Shown here: positions 16,157 to 25,786 of the stretch, piece after piece
Layout: every line of letters begins with the position of its first letter
How positions within the stretch are numbered: position 1 is the stretch's first letter
NCBI GenBank assembly: GCA_003645885.1
Contig: QNCW01000003.1
Location: 1 to 32,386, forward strand
Source of the DNA: Candidatus Latescibacterota bacterium
Lineage (GTDB): Bacteria > Latescibacterota > 4484-107 > B68-G9
Direction: 5' to 3'
Length of the DNA: 32,386 bases
Notes under the pieces: generated by a model
The model's database searches: none
Seen by the model: only the letters and a program-made list of their open reading frames with translations
What the model was told of the DNA's origin: nothing
Translations under genes and position numbers: made by a program

Positions 16157-17124
16157 GTTCGCTCTTGCTCGGCATAGTGGCCTGTGTGCTCCTCAGCGGC
16201 TTCTTCTCCGGGGTTGAGACCGGGCTCGTCTCCTGCAACAGGCTGAAGATAAGGCACCTGGCCGAAGGAGGGAGTTGGAGGGCCCGCATAGCCGACAAGC
16301 TCCTGGCCGAGCCCGAGAGGTTCCTGGTGCTGACCCTGGTGGGGAACAACATCTCCCTCGTGACGGCGACCACCCTCACCACGTACCTTCTGGTACGCCT
16401 GGTCGGGGAGGGGAGGGCGGAATGGATGACGACCCTGATCCTCCTTCCCAACATCCTCCTCTTCGGGGAGATCCTGCCCAAAGCGGCCTTCAGACACTGG
16501 GCGGACAGGTTGGTCCTTTGGACTTCCCCGGTCCTTTGGTGCTTCCTCCACCTCCTTATGCCCGTAATATGGCTCACCGTGGTGCCTACGAGGTTCATCC
16601 TGAGGACCGTCTTCAGGATCTCCCCCGAAGAGCGCTCCCATCTGATATCCAGGGAGGAGCTGAGGGCCCTGATAGAGGAAGGTAGAAAGACCGGCTCGGT
16701 GGACCAGGAAAAGGGCAGGATGTTGACAGAGCTTTTCAAGGTGAGGGGGAGGCCCGTAAGGGACGTTATGGTCCCCATATCTAAGGTTCCCAAGGCCGAT
16801 GCTAAGGCGGAAGTAAGCGATGCTGTGCGCTCGCTTTTGGATCTCGGAGGCCCGGGGGTGGTGGTGTTCAAGGACAGGAAGGCTGTAGGCATCGCCTTCC
16901 CCGACAGAATGTTAGAGGCTCGGGAGGGAACGAAGCTCGGTGAGATAGTCGAGGGTGTGGAGTGGGTGCAGGAGCACGAGAAGGCTTACAAGGTCCTGGA
17001 CAGGTTGCGAAGGAGCAGCCACCACGTCGCCCTGGTGGAGGGACACTTGGGAGGGTGCATAGGCCTGGTCAGGCTGGAGGACGTCGTAGAGGAGATAGTG
17101 GGAGAGATATGGGAAGAGGTATGA
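16153..17124 (+). CDS. Second CNNM (DUF21 + degenerate CBS) protein lacking the CorC domain
   Basis: SGFFSGVETGLVS, LVGNN, FGEILPKA, GLVRLEDVVEEIVGEI; ATGA overlap with the previous gene. Confidence 0.88.
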   Translation: MSSLLLGIVACVLLSGFFSGVETGLVSCNRLKIRHLAEGGSWRARIADKLLAEPERFLVLTLVGNNISLVTATTLTTYLLVRLVGEGRAEWMTTLILLPNILLFGEILPKAAFRHWADRLVLWTSPVLWCFLHLLMPVIWLTVVPTRFILRTVFRISPEERSHLISREELRALIEEGRKTGSVDQEKGRMLTELFKVRGRPVRDVMVPISKVPKADAKAEVSDAVRSLLDLGGPGVVVFKDRKAVGIAFPDRMLEAREGTKLGEIVEGVEWVQEHEKAYKVLDRLRRSSHHVALVEGHLGGCIGLVRLEDVVEEIVGEIWEEV

Positions 17125-18569
17125 CGATATTGGTGGTGAGCAGGGACGAGGAACTCAGGAAAGATATGGTCTCCTGGTTCGAGGGTGGGGGAGGACATGT
17201 AGTGTTGACCGAGGGAGGACGTCCGGCCCTCTCCCTGGTCGAGAGGGGAAACGTGGACCTTGTGGTATGGGACGGGAGGGACGTGGGGGAACTCGAGGCC
17301 ATATGCAGGGAGGCTAAGAGGCATTACCCAAAGGGCATGGTGGTCTCGATATCGGACGGGGATGTCCCGAGCTGGGTCCAGGTGGACGGGGTCCTGGAGA
17401 GGCCCATCGTGAAGGAGGACCTGGAGAGGTTCCTGGAACATGTCCGGGAGAGGGAGAGGTTCCTCTCGGAGAACGGTCTGATAGGTCGGTCGGAGGCGAT
17501 GCAGGAGGTCTTCGAGACCGCCTTGGAGGTGGCCCACACGGACGTACAAGTTTTGCTCACGGGGGAGAACGGCACGGGCAAGGATATGCTGGCCAAAGCC
17601 ATCCATAACCACAGTCCGAGGAGGGAGGGACCCTTCATCCCCATCAACTGCGGTGCCATCCCGGAGAGTTTAATAGAAAGCGAGCTTTTCGGGTACGAGA
17701 GGGGGGCCTTCACAGGAGCCACCGGGAGGCGCATAGGGGTGTTCGAGGCTGCCCACGGCGGAACCATATTCTTGGACGAGATAGGGGAGATGCCCCTATC
17801 AGCACAGGTGAAGTTGCTCAGAGTTTTGGACGAGAGGAAGATAATGAGGATAGGGGGTAGGGAACAGATATCCGTGGACGTGAGGGTGATAGCTGCCACC
17901 AACAGGGACCTACGTCAGGAGGTCCTGGAGGGGAACTTCAGGAGGGACCTGTACTACAGGCTCAAGGTGGTGGAGATCCGCATCCCGCCCCTCCGCTCCC
18001 ATCCCGAGGACATACCCCTTTTGGTACAGGCTTTCGTCCAGGAATACATCGAGGAACACGACATGCCCTTCGGAGGTATATCCGAGGACGCTATGGAGGT
18101 CCTCATGCGTTACCCCTGGCCGGGGAACGTCCGGGAGCTTAAGAACGTCGTGGAGAGGATGATAGTGCTCTCCAAGGGGAAGAGGATAACCGCATCGGAC
18201 GTCCCACAGTACTTGGACGAACGCTTCGAGCCCTCCAGGAACCTCCCCGTGGCCACCGGAAAGACTCCAGACCAGGCCGAGAGGGAACTTATCTACAGGG
18301 TCCTGCTCGAGGTCAGACAGGAGCTCTCCGAGATAAAGGACCTCCTCCTTAGGAGACCGGAGCCCCTACCTTACCTCCCCAAGGAGGTGGAGGTAATAGA
18401 GGAACATGTGGAGGAGCCCGAGGAGATCAAGACTATGGAGGAGATGGAGAAGGAGATGATACAGAGGGCCCTGCGCCACACCGGAGGCAACCGCCGCAAA
18501 GCTGCGAAGCTCTTGGGGATAGGTGAGAGAACTTTGTACCGCAAGCTCCACAAGTACGGGCTGTCGTGA
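17121..18569 (+). CDS. Sigma54-dependent transcriptional activator (bEBP) with a degenerate receiver domain and Fis-type HTH
   Basis: Start ATG at 17121 (ATGA overlap). GENGTGKD Walker A, ESELFGYERGAFTGA, FLDEIGEM, RRDLYYRL, WPGNVREL, GNRRKAAKLLGIGERTLYRKL. Confidence 0.93.
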   Translation: MTILVVSRDEELRKDMVSWFEGGGGHVVLTEGGRPALSLVERGNVDLVVWDGRDVGELEAICREAKRHYPKGMVVSISDGDVPSWVQVDGVLERPIVKEDLERFLEHVRERERFLSENGLIGRSEAMQEVFETALEVAHTDVQVLLTGENGTGKDMLAKAIHNHSPRREGPFIPINCGAIPESLIESELFGYERGAFTGATGRRIGVFEAAHGGTIFLDEIGEMPLSAQVKLLRVLDERKIMRIGGREQISVDVRVIAATNRDLRQEVLEGNFRRDLYYRLKVVEIRIPPLRSHPEDIPLLVQAFVQEYIEEHDMPFGGISEDAMEVLMRYPWPGNVRELKNVVERMIVLSKGKRITASDVPQYLDERFEPSRNLPVATGKTPDQAERELIYRVLLEVRQELSEIKDLLLRRPEPLPYLPKEVEVIEEHVEEPEEIKTMEEMEKEMIQRALRHTGGNRRKAAKLLGIGERTLYRKLHKYGLS

Positions 18570-19459
18570 TGGGCACTAAGTGCGGATATGTTGCTATAAT
18601 AGGAAGGCCGAACGTGGGCAAGTCCACCCTCATGAACTCCCTCGTAGGGGAGAAGCTCTCCATAGTCACACCGAAGCCTCAGACCACGAGGACCAGGGTC
18701 TTAGGGATACTCACCGAGGACGACGCCCAGATGGTCTTCCTGGACACCCCCGGGTTCCTGAGGCCCAGGGGCCTCCTTCAGGAGGCCATGGTGAGGGAGG
18801 TGAGGGAGGGGCTATCGGAGGCGGATGTGGTCCTGGCCATAACAGATGCGACCGACCTGGAGAGGACTTTCGACGAGGAACTTCGGGAGCTACTTAAATC
18901 CTCGGGCCGTCCGGCCGTGGTAGCCCTCAACAAGATGGATCTGGTAGGAGGGAAGGAGATATTTGAAGGGCTAAAGTGGCTCTACGAGAGCTTCCCGACG
19001 GAGGTAGTGCCGATATCGGCCCTCAAGGGCCACAACTTGGACGAGCTGAAGAAGGTCCTGAAGGGCTTCCTCCCGGAAGGCCCCTTCCTCTACCCACCTG
19101 AGGTCCTGGCCGACCAGCCCGAACGCTTCTTCGTGGCGGAACTTATCCGTGAGGAGCTATTCCTGAACCTCGGCCAGGAGCTTCCGTACGCTACCGCCGT
19201 CAAGGTTGAGGAGTTCAGGGAGAGGGACCCCTCGCAGGGCAAGACCTACATAAGGGCCACGATATACGTCGAAAAGCCCTCCCAGAGGGGGATAGTAATA
19301 GGTGAAGGTGGGGCGATGCTCAAGAAGATAGGCCAGTGGGCGAGGAAGAAGATAGAAGCGTTCCTAGGCCGGCCCGTGTACCTCGAACTTTGGGTGAAGG
19401 TTAGGCCCAAATGGTCCAGGAAGGAGGCCACGCTCAGGGAACTTGGGTACCTGAGGTGA
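18569..19459 (+). CDS. era: GTPase Era
   Basis: GRPNVGKSTLMN, KPQTTR, DTPG, NKMD, ISA, and a KH domain (QELPY, IVIGEGG, VYLELWVKV). The start is the ATG at 18569 or the GTG at 18566. Confidence 0.96.
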   Translation: MGTKCGYVAIIGRPNVGKSTLMNSLVGEKLSIVTPKPQTTRTRVLGILTEDDAQMVFLDTPGFLRPRGLLQEAMVREVREGLSEADVVLAITDATDLERTFDEELRELLKSSGRPAVVALNKMDLVGGKEIFEGLKWLYESFPTEVVPISALKGHNLDELKKVLKGFLPEGPFLYPPEVLADQPERFFVAELIREELFLNLGQELPYATAVKVEEFRERDPSQGKTYIRATIYVEKPSQRGIVIGEGGAMLKKIGQWARKKIEAFLGRPVYLELWVKVRPKWSRKEATLRELGYLR

Positions 19460-19473
19460 GCCGGCCACTCCTA

Positions 19474-19502
19474 TTGACAACCGAGCGAGATATTATTATA
19501 TT
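19474..19502 (+). promoter_or_regulatory. Sigma70 promoter of tRNA-Asp
   Basis: TTGACA-N17-TATATT, 14 nt before the tRNA. Confidence 0.8.
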
Positions 19503-19516
19503 TCCTCCGCAAAGGC

Positions 19517-19594
<78 letters not shown>

Positions 19595-19603
19595 TTTTCT
19601 CTT

Positions 19604-19634
19604 GGGCTGCCCGTTCAGGTCAGCTCTTTTTGTT
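19604..19634 (+). terminator. Putative terminator after tRNA-Asp
   Basis: Imperfect hairpin GGGCTGCC...GGTCAGCTC followed by TTTTTGTT. Confidence 0.5.
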
Positions 19635-19648
19635 AGGTGGAGGTCGTC

Positions 19649-20686
19649 ATGAAGTGGTGGCATTTGAAGGATAGGTTCATAAAGTTGGTGCACATGGATG
19701 GGGACGGGCTCGTGCCCGGGAGGGTGGTGGTGAACGGGACGATATGGGACGAGAACGAGGAGTACCTCAAAGAAGTCTCGGAGGAGGCCCCACACGTCGA
19801 GGTGAGCGTGGCGAGGGACCCCCAGAGGGCTCGGGAGAACTGGGTTAGGGACGCATGGGGATGCCTCTGGCACTACCCCGGGGGATACTTGGACGGCCAG
19901 GTGGTGGAGCATCCCTTGGAGGACTGGTCCTCCTGGAGGGAGTACTCTCCGCCCGACCCCGAGGACTTCACGGACTGGGGTAAGGCCGGGGAGGACGTAA
20001 AGAGGGCCAAGGACGAGGGGAAGGTTGCCTGGGGCCACGTCGAGCACGGTTTCCTCTACCTCAGGCTCACGTACCTCAGAGGGTTCCAGAACTTCATGTT
20101 GGACGTGGGGGAGGGAAGGAAGGAGCTGAGGGAGCTGATAGACATGGTGACGGACTACTGGTGCGAGGTGGTGAGGAGGTGGCTGGAACTGGGGGTGGAC
20201 GCCATCTACTTCGGGGACGACCTGGGACATCAGGACTCCCTCCCCATAAGCCCGGAAAGCTGGAGGAAGCTCATAAAGCCCGCCTACAGGAGGATATTCT
20301 CGCTCTGCAGGGAAGGGGACGTCGAGGTATACCTCCACACCGACGGGTACGTGGTCGACATAATCCCCGACCTTTTAGAGGTCGGGGTCACGATCCTCAA
20401 CCCTCAGGACCTGGTGAACGGCCTGGAGGAACTCAGGAAGCTTGCGTGGGGTAAGGTATGCATAGACTTGGACATAGACAGGCAGAGGATAACGCCCTTC
20501 GGGACCCCAGAACAGATAGATGAGCATATACTTAGGTGCGTGAGGACCCTGGGCTCCCCGATGGGAGGACTCATGCTCATATACGGGGCCTACCCCGGGA
20601 CCCCAGCGGAGAACGTTGCGGCGGTCATATCGGCCATGGAGAGGTACCACGACTGGTGGAGATGTGGAGGGACCCGGAGAGGATAG
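19649..20686 (+). CDS. Uroporphyrinogen decarboxylase (URO-D/MtaA-like) family protein of unknown substrate
   Basis: RDAWGCLW, YLRGFQNFMLD, FGDDLGHQD, ISPESWRKLIKP, YLHTDG, GTPEQI. Start ATG at 19649 with SD GGAGGT. Confidence 0.85.
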   Translation: MKWWHLKDRFIKLVHMDGDGLVPGRVVVNGTIWDENEEYLKEVSEEAPHVEVSVARDPQRARENWVRDAWGCLWHYPGGYLDGQVVEHPLEDWSSWREYSPPDPEDFTDWGKAGEDVKRAKDEGKVAWGHVEHGFLYLRLTYLRGFQNFMLDVGEGRKELRELIDMVTDYWCEVVRRWLELGVDAIYFGDDLGHQDSLPISPESWRKLIKPAYRRIFSLCREGDVEVYLHTDGYVVDIIPDLLEVGVTILNPQDLVNGLEELRKLAWGKVCIDLDIDRQRITPFGTPEQIDEHILRCVRTLGSPMGGLMLIYGAYPGTPAENVAAVISAMERYHDWWRCGGTRRG

Positions 20687-20701
20687 GACTGGACACGGGC
20701 C

Positions 20702-22174
20702 ATGTGTCAGGAGGTCGACGGAACGAGGGAGCTTGCGGAGCTCGCCCTGGAAGTTGCCAGGACCTGTGGGGCGAGCTATGCGGACGTGAGGATAGTGCGC
20801 ACTGAGGAGGAGAGGATATCCGTCAAGAACTGCTTAGTATCCGAGCTTTCGCGGAACGAGGACATGGGCTTCGGGGTCAGGGTCTTAGCGGACGGAGCCT
20901 GGGGGTTCTCGAGCAGCAGCGTGCTCTCCGAGGAGGAGGTGCGAAGGGTCGTGGCCGAGGCCGTGGAGATAGCCAAGGCGAGCGCCTCCTTGAAGCTGAG
21001 GGACGTCACGCTTGCTCCCGAGCCTCCCCACACGGCCGAGTGGACGACACCTATAGCTAAGGACCCATTCGAGGTCCCCTTGGATGAGAAGATCGACCTC
21101 CTTACAAGGACGACCGAGGAGGCCCTGAGGACGGGGAAGATAAAGGTCGCCCAGGCCGGGATGAGGTTCGTGAGGGAGCACAAGCTCTTCTCAAACACCG
21201 AGGGGAGCTACATAGAACAGGTCCTTTACTTTTCGGGCGTGGGGTTCACTGTCTTCGCTGTAGGGCACGGCGACATGCAGAGGAGGTCCTTCCCATCGTC
21301 CTTCGGGGGGCAGTACATGTCCAAGGGGTACGAGCTTGTGGAGGAGGTACCCCTCTTGGAGAACGTGGGGAGGATATCCGAGGAGGCCGTTATGCTCCTT
21401 AAGGCCAGGCAGTGCCCCGAGGCCACCACGGACCTCATATTGGACGGCTCCCAGCTCGCCCTCCAGATACACGAGTCCTTGGGGCATCCGTCCGAGCTGG
21501 ACAGGGTCTTGGGCACGGAGGCGAGCTTCGCTGGCACGAGCTTCCTCACCCCGGATAAGCTCGGGAGGTTGAAGTACGCCTCGCCCATAGTGGACATAGT
21601 TGCGGACAGTACCGTCCCCGGAGGGCTCGCAACGGCCGGGTACGACGACGAGGGGGTGGAGGCGCAGAGGTGGTACCTCGTGAGGGAGGGCACGTTCGTG
21701 GGGTACCTCACTTCGAGGGAGACCGCCCCGGTCTTGGGCGAGCCCAGGAGCAGGGGGTGCATGAGGGCGGACGGATGGAACAGGATCCCCCTCATAAGGA
21801 TGACCAACATAAGCCTCATGCCGGGGGACCCCACCTTGGACGAACTCATAAACGACACCAGGGACGGGATATACATGGAGACCAACAAGAGCTGGAGCAT
21901 AGACCAGAGGAGGATAAACTTCCAGTTCGCGACCGAGATAGCGTGGAGGATAAAGAAGGGCAGGAAGGTCGAGGTCCTCAAGAACCCCTCCTACCAGGGG
22001 AAGACCTTGGAGTTCTGGAACTCGTGCGATGCGATATGCAACGAGGACCACTTCGTGCTCTGGGGTATAGTCAACTGCGGGAAGGGACAGCCGCTTCAGA
22101 TAGCGAGGATGTCCCACGGGGCCTCCCCTGCGAGGTTCAGGAGGATAAAAGTGGGGGTGGCGCATGCTAAGTAG
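20702..22174 (+). CDS. tldD: TldD family metalloprotease (catalytic subunit)
   Basis: YADVR, GFGVRVLADGAWGFSS, HESLGHPSELD (HExxxH), YDDEGV, IRMTN, CGKGQP. Confidence 0.92.
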   Translation: MCQEVDGTRELAELALEVARTCGASYADVRIVRTEEERISVKNCLVSELSRNEDMGFGVRVLADGAWGFSSSSVLSEEEVRRVVAEAVEIAKASASLKLRDVTLAPEPPHTAEWTTPIAKDPFEVPLDEKIDLLTRTTEEALRTGKIKVAQAGMRFVREHKLFSNTEGSYIEQVLYFSGVGFTVFAVGHGDMQRRSFPSSFGGQYMSKGYELVEEVPLLENVGRISEEAVMLLKARQCPEATTDLILDGSQLALQIHESLGHPSELDRVLGTEASFAGTSFLTPDKLGRLKYASPIVDIVADSTVPGGLATAGYDDEGVEAQRWYLVREGTFVGYLTSRETAPVLGEPRSRGCMRADGWNRIPLIRMTNISLMPGDPTLDELINDTRDGIYMETNKSWSIDQRRINFQFATEIAWRIKKGRKVEVLKNPSYQGKTLEFWNSCDAICNEDHFVLWGIVNCGKGQPLQIARMSHGASPARFRRIKVGVAHAK

Positions 22175-23477
22175 GGAGGAGATCAGGGAGATAGCGGAAA
22201 GGGCCCTGAGGACCTGCGAGGCCGACGAGGTCGAGGTCGTGGTGCGTACCTGGAGGAGCTACCTCACCAGGTACGCCTCAAACTACATACATCAAAACCT
22301 CGGAGAGGCCTCCCTCCGGATAACCCTGAGGGCGGTGATAGGAAGTAGGATGGGCGAGGCGTCGGGGGAGGGGACGGACGAAAGTTCGCTCAGGAGGCTA
22401 GCAAGGAAGGCCTCGGAGCTTGCGAGGTCCTCCCCCGAGGACCCCGAGCTTCTCCCCAGGCTCGGGCCACAGGAATACAGAAAGGTGGACGCCTTCTGCG
22501 AGGAGGGCACCTCCCCCTCGGAGAGGGCGAGGTGGATATCCGAGGTCGTGGCGCACTGCAGGGAAAGGGGACTCGAGGCAGCTGGCTTCTTCTCCGAGGA
22601 GAGGAGGGCGCTGGCGATAGCCAACTCCAAAGGGCTTTTTGCATTCTACAGAAGGACTTCCTTCACGTTCAGCGCATCGGTCACCTCGGGGGAGGGCTCC
22701 GGGTGGTGCGAGAGGAGTTCGTGGAGGAAGGATGAGATATCCCCGAGGGAGGTGGGGGAGGTTGCCGTTAGGAAGGCGGAGATGGGGAGGAACCCGAGGG
22801 AGGTGGGGCCGGGGAGGTACACAGTGATATTGGAGCCTGGGGCGGTGGCGGACCTGATAGGATACCTCGCCCCCGGCTTCGACGCACTGGCCGTGGAGGA
22901 GGGAAGGAGCTTCCTCTCCGGGAAGGTGGGAAAGAAGCTCTTCGGCGATAACATAAACATAGCATCGGATGTGTACCATCCCCTGCACAGGGATGTACCC
23001 TTCGATTCCGAAGGCGTGCCCACCAAGAGGGTCCAGCTTATAAGGGACGGGGTGGCCGAGAACTTGGCCTACGACAGGCTCACAGCGAAGAGGCACGGCC
23101 TCGAGCCCACCGGCCACGGGCTCGGTCCGAGGGGTAGGTTGGGGGCGATCCCGAGGGCCCTGGTGATGGAGGGGGGGAGGGACACCCTCGAGGAGATGAT
23201 ATCCTCCACCGAGAGGGGGATACTCGTCACGAGGTTCCACTACCACAACCTCGTGGACCCCATGAAGCTGATAGTGACGGGGATGACGAGGGACGGAACG
23301 TTCTGGATAGAGGACGGCAGGATAAGGTTCGGGATAAAGAACCTGAGGTTCAACCAGAGCCTCCTTGACCTGCTCAACAGTGTGGAGATGACCTCCGAGC
23401 CGGTTTACGTATCCGGGGCAGTGGTCCCGGCCCTGAAGGCCAGGGAGTTCAACTTCACCAGCAGTACGGAATTTTGA
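22164..23477 (+). CDS. pmbA: PmbA/TldE family protein (non-catalytic partner)
   Basis: TRYASNYIHQN, PGRYTVILEPGAV, PFDSEGVP, GILVTRFHY, TGMTRDGTFWIEDG, NLRFNQS; no HExxxH. Confidence 0.88.
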   Translation: MLSREEIREIAERALRTCEADEVEVVVRTWRSYLTRYASNYIHQNLGEASLRITLRAVIGSRMGEASGEGTDESSLRRLARKASELARSSPEDPELLPRLGPQEYRKVDAFCEEGTSPSERARWISEVVAHCRERGLEAAGFFSEERRALAIANSKGLFAFYRRTSFTFSASVTSGEGSGWCERSSWRKDEISPREVGEVAVRKAEMGRNPREVGPGRYTVILEPGAVADLIGYLAPGFDALAVEEGRSFLSGKVGKKLFGDNINIASDVYHPLHRDVPFDSEGVPTKRVQLIRDGVAENLAYDRLTAKRHGLEPTGHGLGPRGRLGAIPRALVMEGGRDTLEEMISSTERGILVTRFHYHNLVDPMKLIVTGMTRDGTFWIEDGRIRFGIKNLRFNQSLLDLLNSVEMTSEPVYVSGAVVPALKAREFNFTSSTEF

Positions 23478-23516
23478 GGGAGCATCGGCAGCCAGGACCC
23501 CGATAGAGGAGGCCTG

Positions 23517-23876
23517 ATGGTGGGAGTGGACCTCGTGGAGGTAGGGAGGATAAGGGAAGCGGCCTCGAGGTTCGGGGATAGGTTCCTTAAGAGGGTCTTC
23601 ACCCGGAGGGAGTTGGAATATTGTATGGCCAGGATGGACCCCTATCCCCACTTGGCGGCGAGGTGGGCGGCCAAGGAGGCCTTCGTCAAGGCCCTGGGAA
23701 CAGGCTTCGCCCGGGGCATAAAGTGGAAGGATGTGGAGCTGCTTCCGGGAGGGGAAAGGCCCTACCTCGTCCTCGGTGGAAGGGCCTCCGAGCTTCTTGG
23801 GGAGAGGAGGGCCGAGGTCAGCATATCCCACACCGATTCCTACGCAGTGGCCGTAGTGCTCATCTTCCCTCGATAG
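23517..23876 (+). CDS. acpS: Holo-[acyl-carrier-protein] synthase
   Basis: GVDLVEVGRI, LAARWAAKEAFVKALGTG, VSISHT. Confidence 0.95.
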   Translation: MVGVDLVEVGRIREAASRFGDRFLKRVFTRRELEYCMARMDPYPHLAARWAAKEAFVKALGTGFARGIKWKDVELLPGGERPYLVLGGRASELLGERRAEVSISHTDSYAVAVVLIFPR

Positions 23877-24801
23877 ATGCTCTGTCCGCCTTAAGCGTGC
23901 GAGCATACAGGACCCATCCTACGCCCGTCACGGGCAGGTACTGGGTGGCATGGTAGAAGGCCGATATCCCGAGGGCCTCTTCCTTTGGGACCCCGAAGAG
24001 CGAGAGCCCTAAGATGCACGAGTACTGAAGCGTGCCGACGTACCCAGGAGAAGAAGGTATCATGACCCCTATTGTCATAAGGCCCATAACCACGGGAAGG
24101 GAGCAGGCAGGAAGGCTCCTGTGGAACGCTAAGAAGCTTCCGTAGAGAGCTGCCATCGCCACCGTCCACACTCCGAAAGACAACAGGAGGACCTTCGGTA
24201 TCTTTCCTCCCCCGGCCAGAGCACCCAAGCCCTCAGAGAACGCCTCCACGAACCTCCCGAGCCTCCCTGAAAGCCTCCCGATGAGGGCCTCGACGTGTCC
24301 CCTCAGGGCTATAAGGGCGACGAGGGCGCAGACGAAGAGGCCCAGGCCCGCCGCCCCTGCGGTCCTGACCCATCCCGGAGCCCCGACGAAGGGCACCACC
24401 CCTAAGAAGGTCGCCATCACCACGAGGCCGTCCAAGGTCCTCTCCACGACTATCGAGCCTAAGGCTCCCCCCCACGAAATCCCCTCCCTCCTGCTTATTA
24501 CCTCGGCCCTCAGCAGCTCCCCCATATGGGCGGGGAGGAGGTTGTTGGCCATGAGACCTACGAGCGTGGCCGAGAGGAGGCGGTCGGTCCGGACGTGGCC
24601 CAAGGGACTCAGAAGGACCTTCCACCTCACCGCCCTCACCCATATGCTCCCGAATGTCAGGGCCACCACGGGCGCGGCCCACCAGTAGGAGGCCCCTCGG
24701 AAGGCCGTAAGGAGGGCACCGAGGTCCACCTTCCTGAAGGAGAGGTACAAAAACAGGGCGCTCAAGGCAAGCCCGATCCAGAACCTGATCCTTCCTACCA
24801 T
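23860..24801 (-). CDS. Lysylphosphatidylglycerol synthase TM / flippase-like (UPF0104) membrane protein
   Basis: Multi-TM protein; RAVRWKVLL, ANNLLPAHMGELLRA, VVERTLD, IPSSPGYVG. Confidence 0.88.
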   Translation of the reverse strand: MVGRIRFWIGLALSALFLYLSFRKVDLGALLTAFRGASYWWAAPVVALTFGSIWVRAVRWKVLLSPLGHVRTDRLLSATLVGLMANNLLPAHMGELLRAEVISRREGISWGGALGSIVVERTLDGLVVMATFLGVVPFVGAPGWVRTAGAAGLGLFVCALVALIALRGHVEALIGRLSGRLGRFVEAFSEGLGALAGGGKIPKVLLLSFGVWTVAMAALYGSFLAFHRSLPACSLPVVMGLMTIGVMIPSSPGYVGTLQYSCILGLSLFGVPKEEALGISAFYHATQYLPVTGVGWVLYARTLKADRASIEGR

Positions 24802-24853
24802 CTGAGGAATTCGGCCAGCGCCCAGTAAAAGCAGAGCCTTCTCTTTCGGAGCA

Positions 24854-25786
24854 TCAGACCCCTGTCTTTCTGAACCACTCTATCGTGCGCCTCAGGCCCT
24901 CCTCCACAGGAACCTTCGGCTCCCAGCCCAGGACCTCCCTCGCCCTGGTTATGTCCGGCCTCCTAACCTTCGGGTCGTCCTGTGGGAGGGGTTTGAAGGC
25001 TATCTTACTCGAACTTCCCGTAAGCTCTATTATCTTCTTGGCCATCTCGAGGACCGTCATCTCCTCGGGGTTGCCAAGGTTTATCGGCCCGTGGTAGTCG
25101 GACTCCATCAGGAGCTCTATACCGTCTACAAGGTCGGATATGTACCCGAAGCTTCTGGTCTGGGAGCCGTCCCCGAACACCGTGAGGTCCTCCCCCTTGA
25201 GGGCCTGGGATATGAAGGTCGGAACCGCCCTCCCGTCGTCCTTCCTCATCCTCGGTCCGAACACGTTGAATATCCTGGCTATCCTGGTGTCGAGGCCGTG
25301 GTACCTGTGGTACGCCATGGTCATGGCCTCAGCGAACCTTTTGGCCTCGTCGTACACACCCCTCGGACCTATGGGGTTGACGTGTCCCCAGTAGTCCTCG
25401 GGCTGGGGATGGACCTGGGGGTCCCCGTAGACCTCGGAGGTCGAAGCCAAAAGGAACTTGGCCCCCTTGGCTTTGGCAAGTCCCAGGGCCTTATGCGTCC
25501 CGAGTGCCCCGACCTTGAGGGTCTGGATGGGCCACCTGAGGTAGTCCGCAGGGCTTGCGGGACTTGCGAAGTGGAGCACGAAGTCCAGGGGACCCTCTAT
25601 ATATATGAACTCCGTGACGTCCAACTTTATGAACCTGAACCCATCCCTCCCCATGAGGTGGGCTATGTTGTCGGGGGAGCTGGTTATGAAGTTGTCCACG
25701 CATATGACTTCGTGCCCCCTCTCTAAGAACCTCTCGCACAGGTGAGAGCCTATGAACCCCGCCCCACCTGTAATGAGTATCCTCAT
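24854..25786 (-). CDS. UDP-glucuronic acid decarboxylase (UDP-xylose synthase) family SDR
   Basis: [64 protein letters not shown]. Confidence 0.93.
   Translation of the reverse strand: MRILITGGAGFIGSHLCERFLERGHEVICVDNFITSSPDNIAHLMGRDGFRFIKLDVTEFIYIEGPLDFVLHFASPASPADYLRWPIQTLKVGALGTHKALGLAKAKGAKFLLASTSEVYGDPQVHPQPEDYWGHVNPIGPRGVYDEAKRFAEAMTMAYHRYHGLDTRIARIFNVFGPRMRKDDGRAVPTFISQALKGEDLTVFGDGSQTRSFGYISDLVDGIELLMESDYHGPINLGNPEEMTVLEMAKKIIELTGSSSKIAFKPLPQDDPKVRRPDITRAREVLGWEPKVPVEEGLRRTIEWFRKTGV

Noticed and set aside
14932-16641. 569-aa antisense ORF (also 22398-23906, 21191-22165, 28968-30077 and similar)
   Set aside because: They lie opposite well-supported genes and have no recognisable motifs; such long shadow frames are expected in high-GC DNA.
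16962-17120. Longer start for the sigma54 activator
   Set aside because: It would overlap the CNNM gene by about 160 nt; the ATGA-coupled start at 17121 begins the receiver fold.
20702-23876. tldD/pmbA + acpS as a RiPP or secondary-metabolite cluster
   Set aside because: No precursor peptide, YcaO, carrier protein or synthase nearby; these are ordinary housekeeping genes.
23860-23876. 17-nt convergent overlap of acpS and the flippase-like gene
   Set aside because: Short tail-to-tail overlaps are common in compact genomes.
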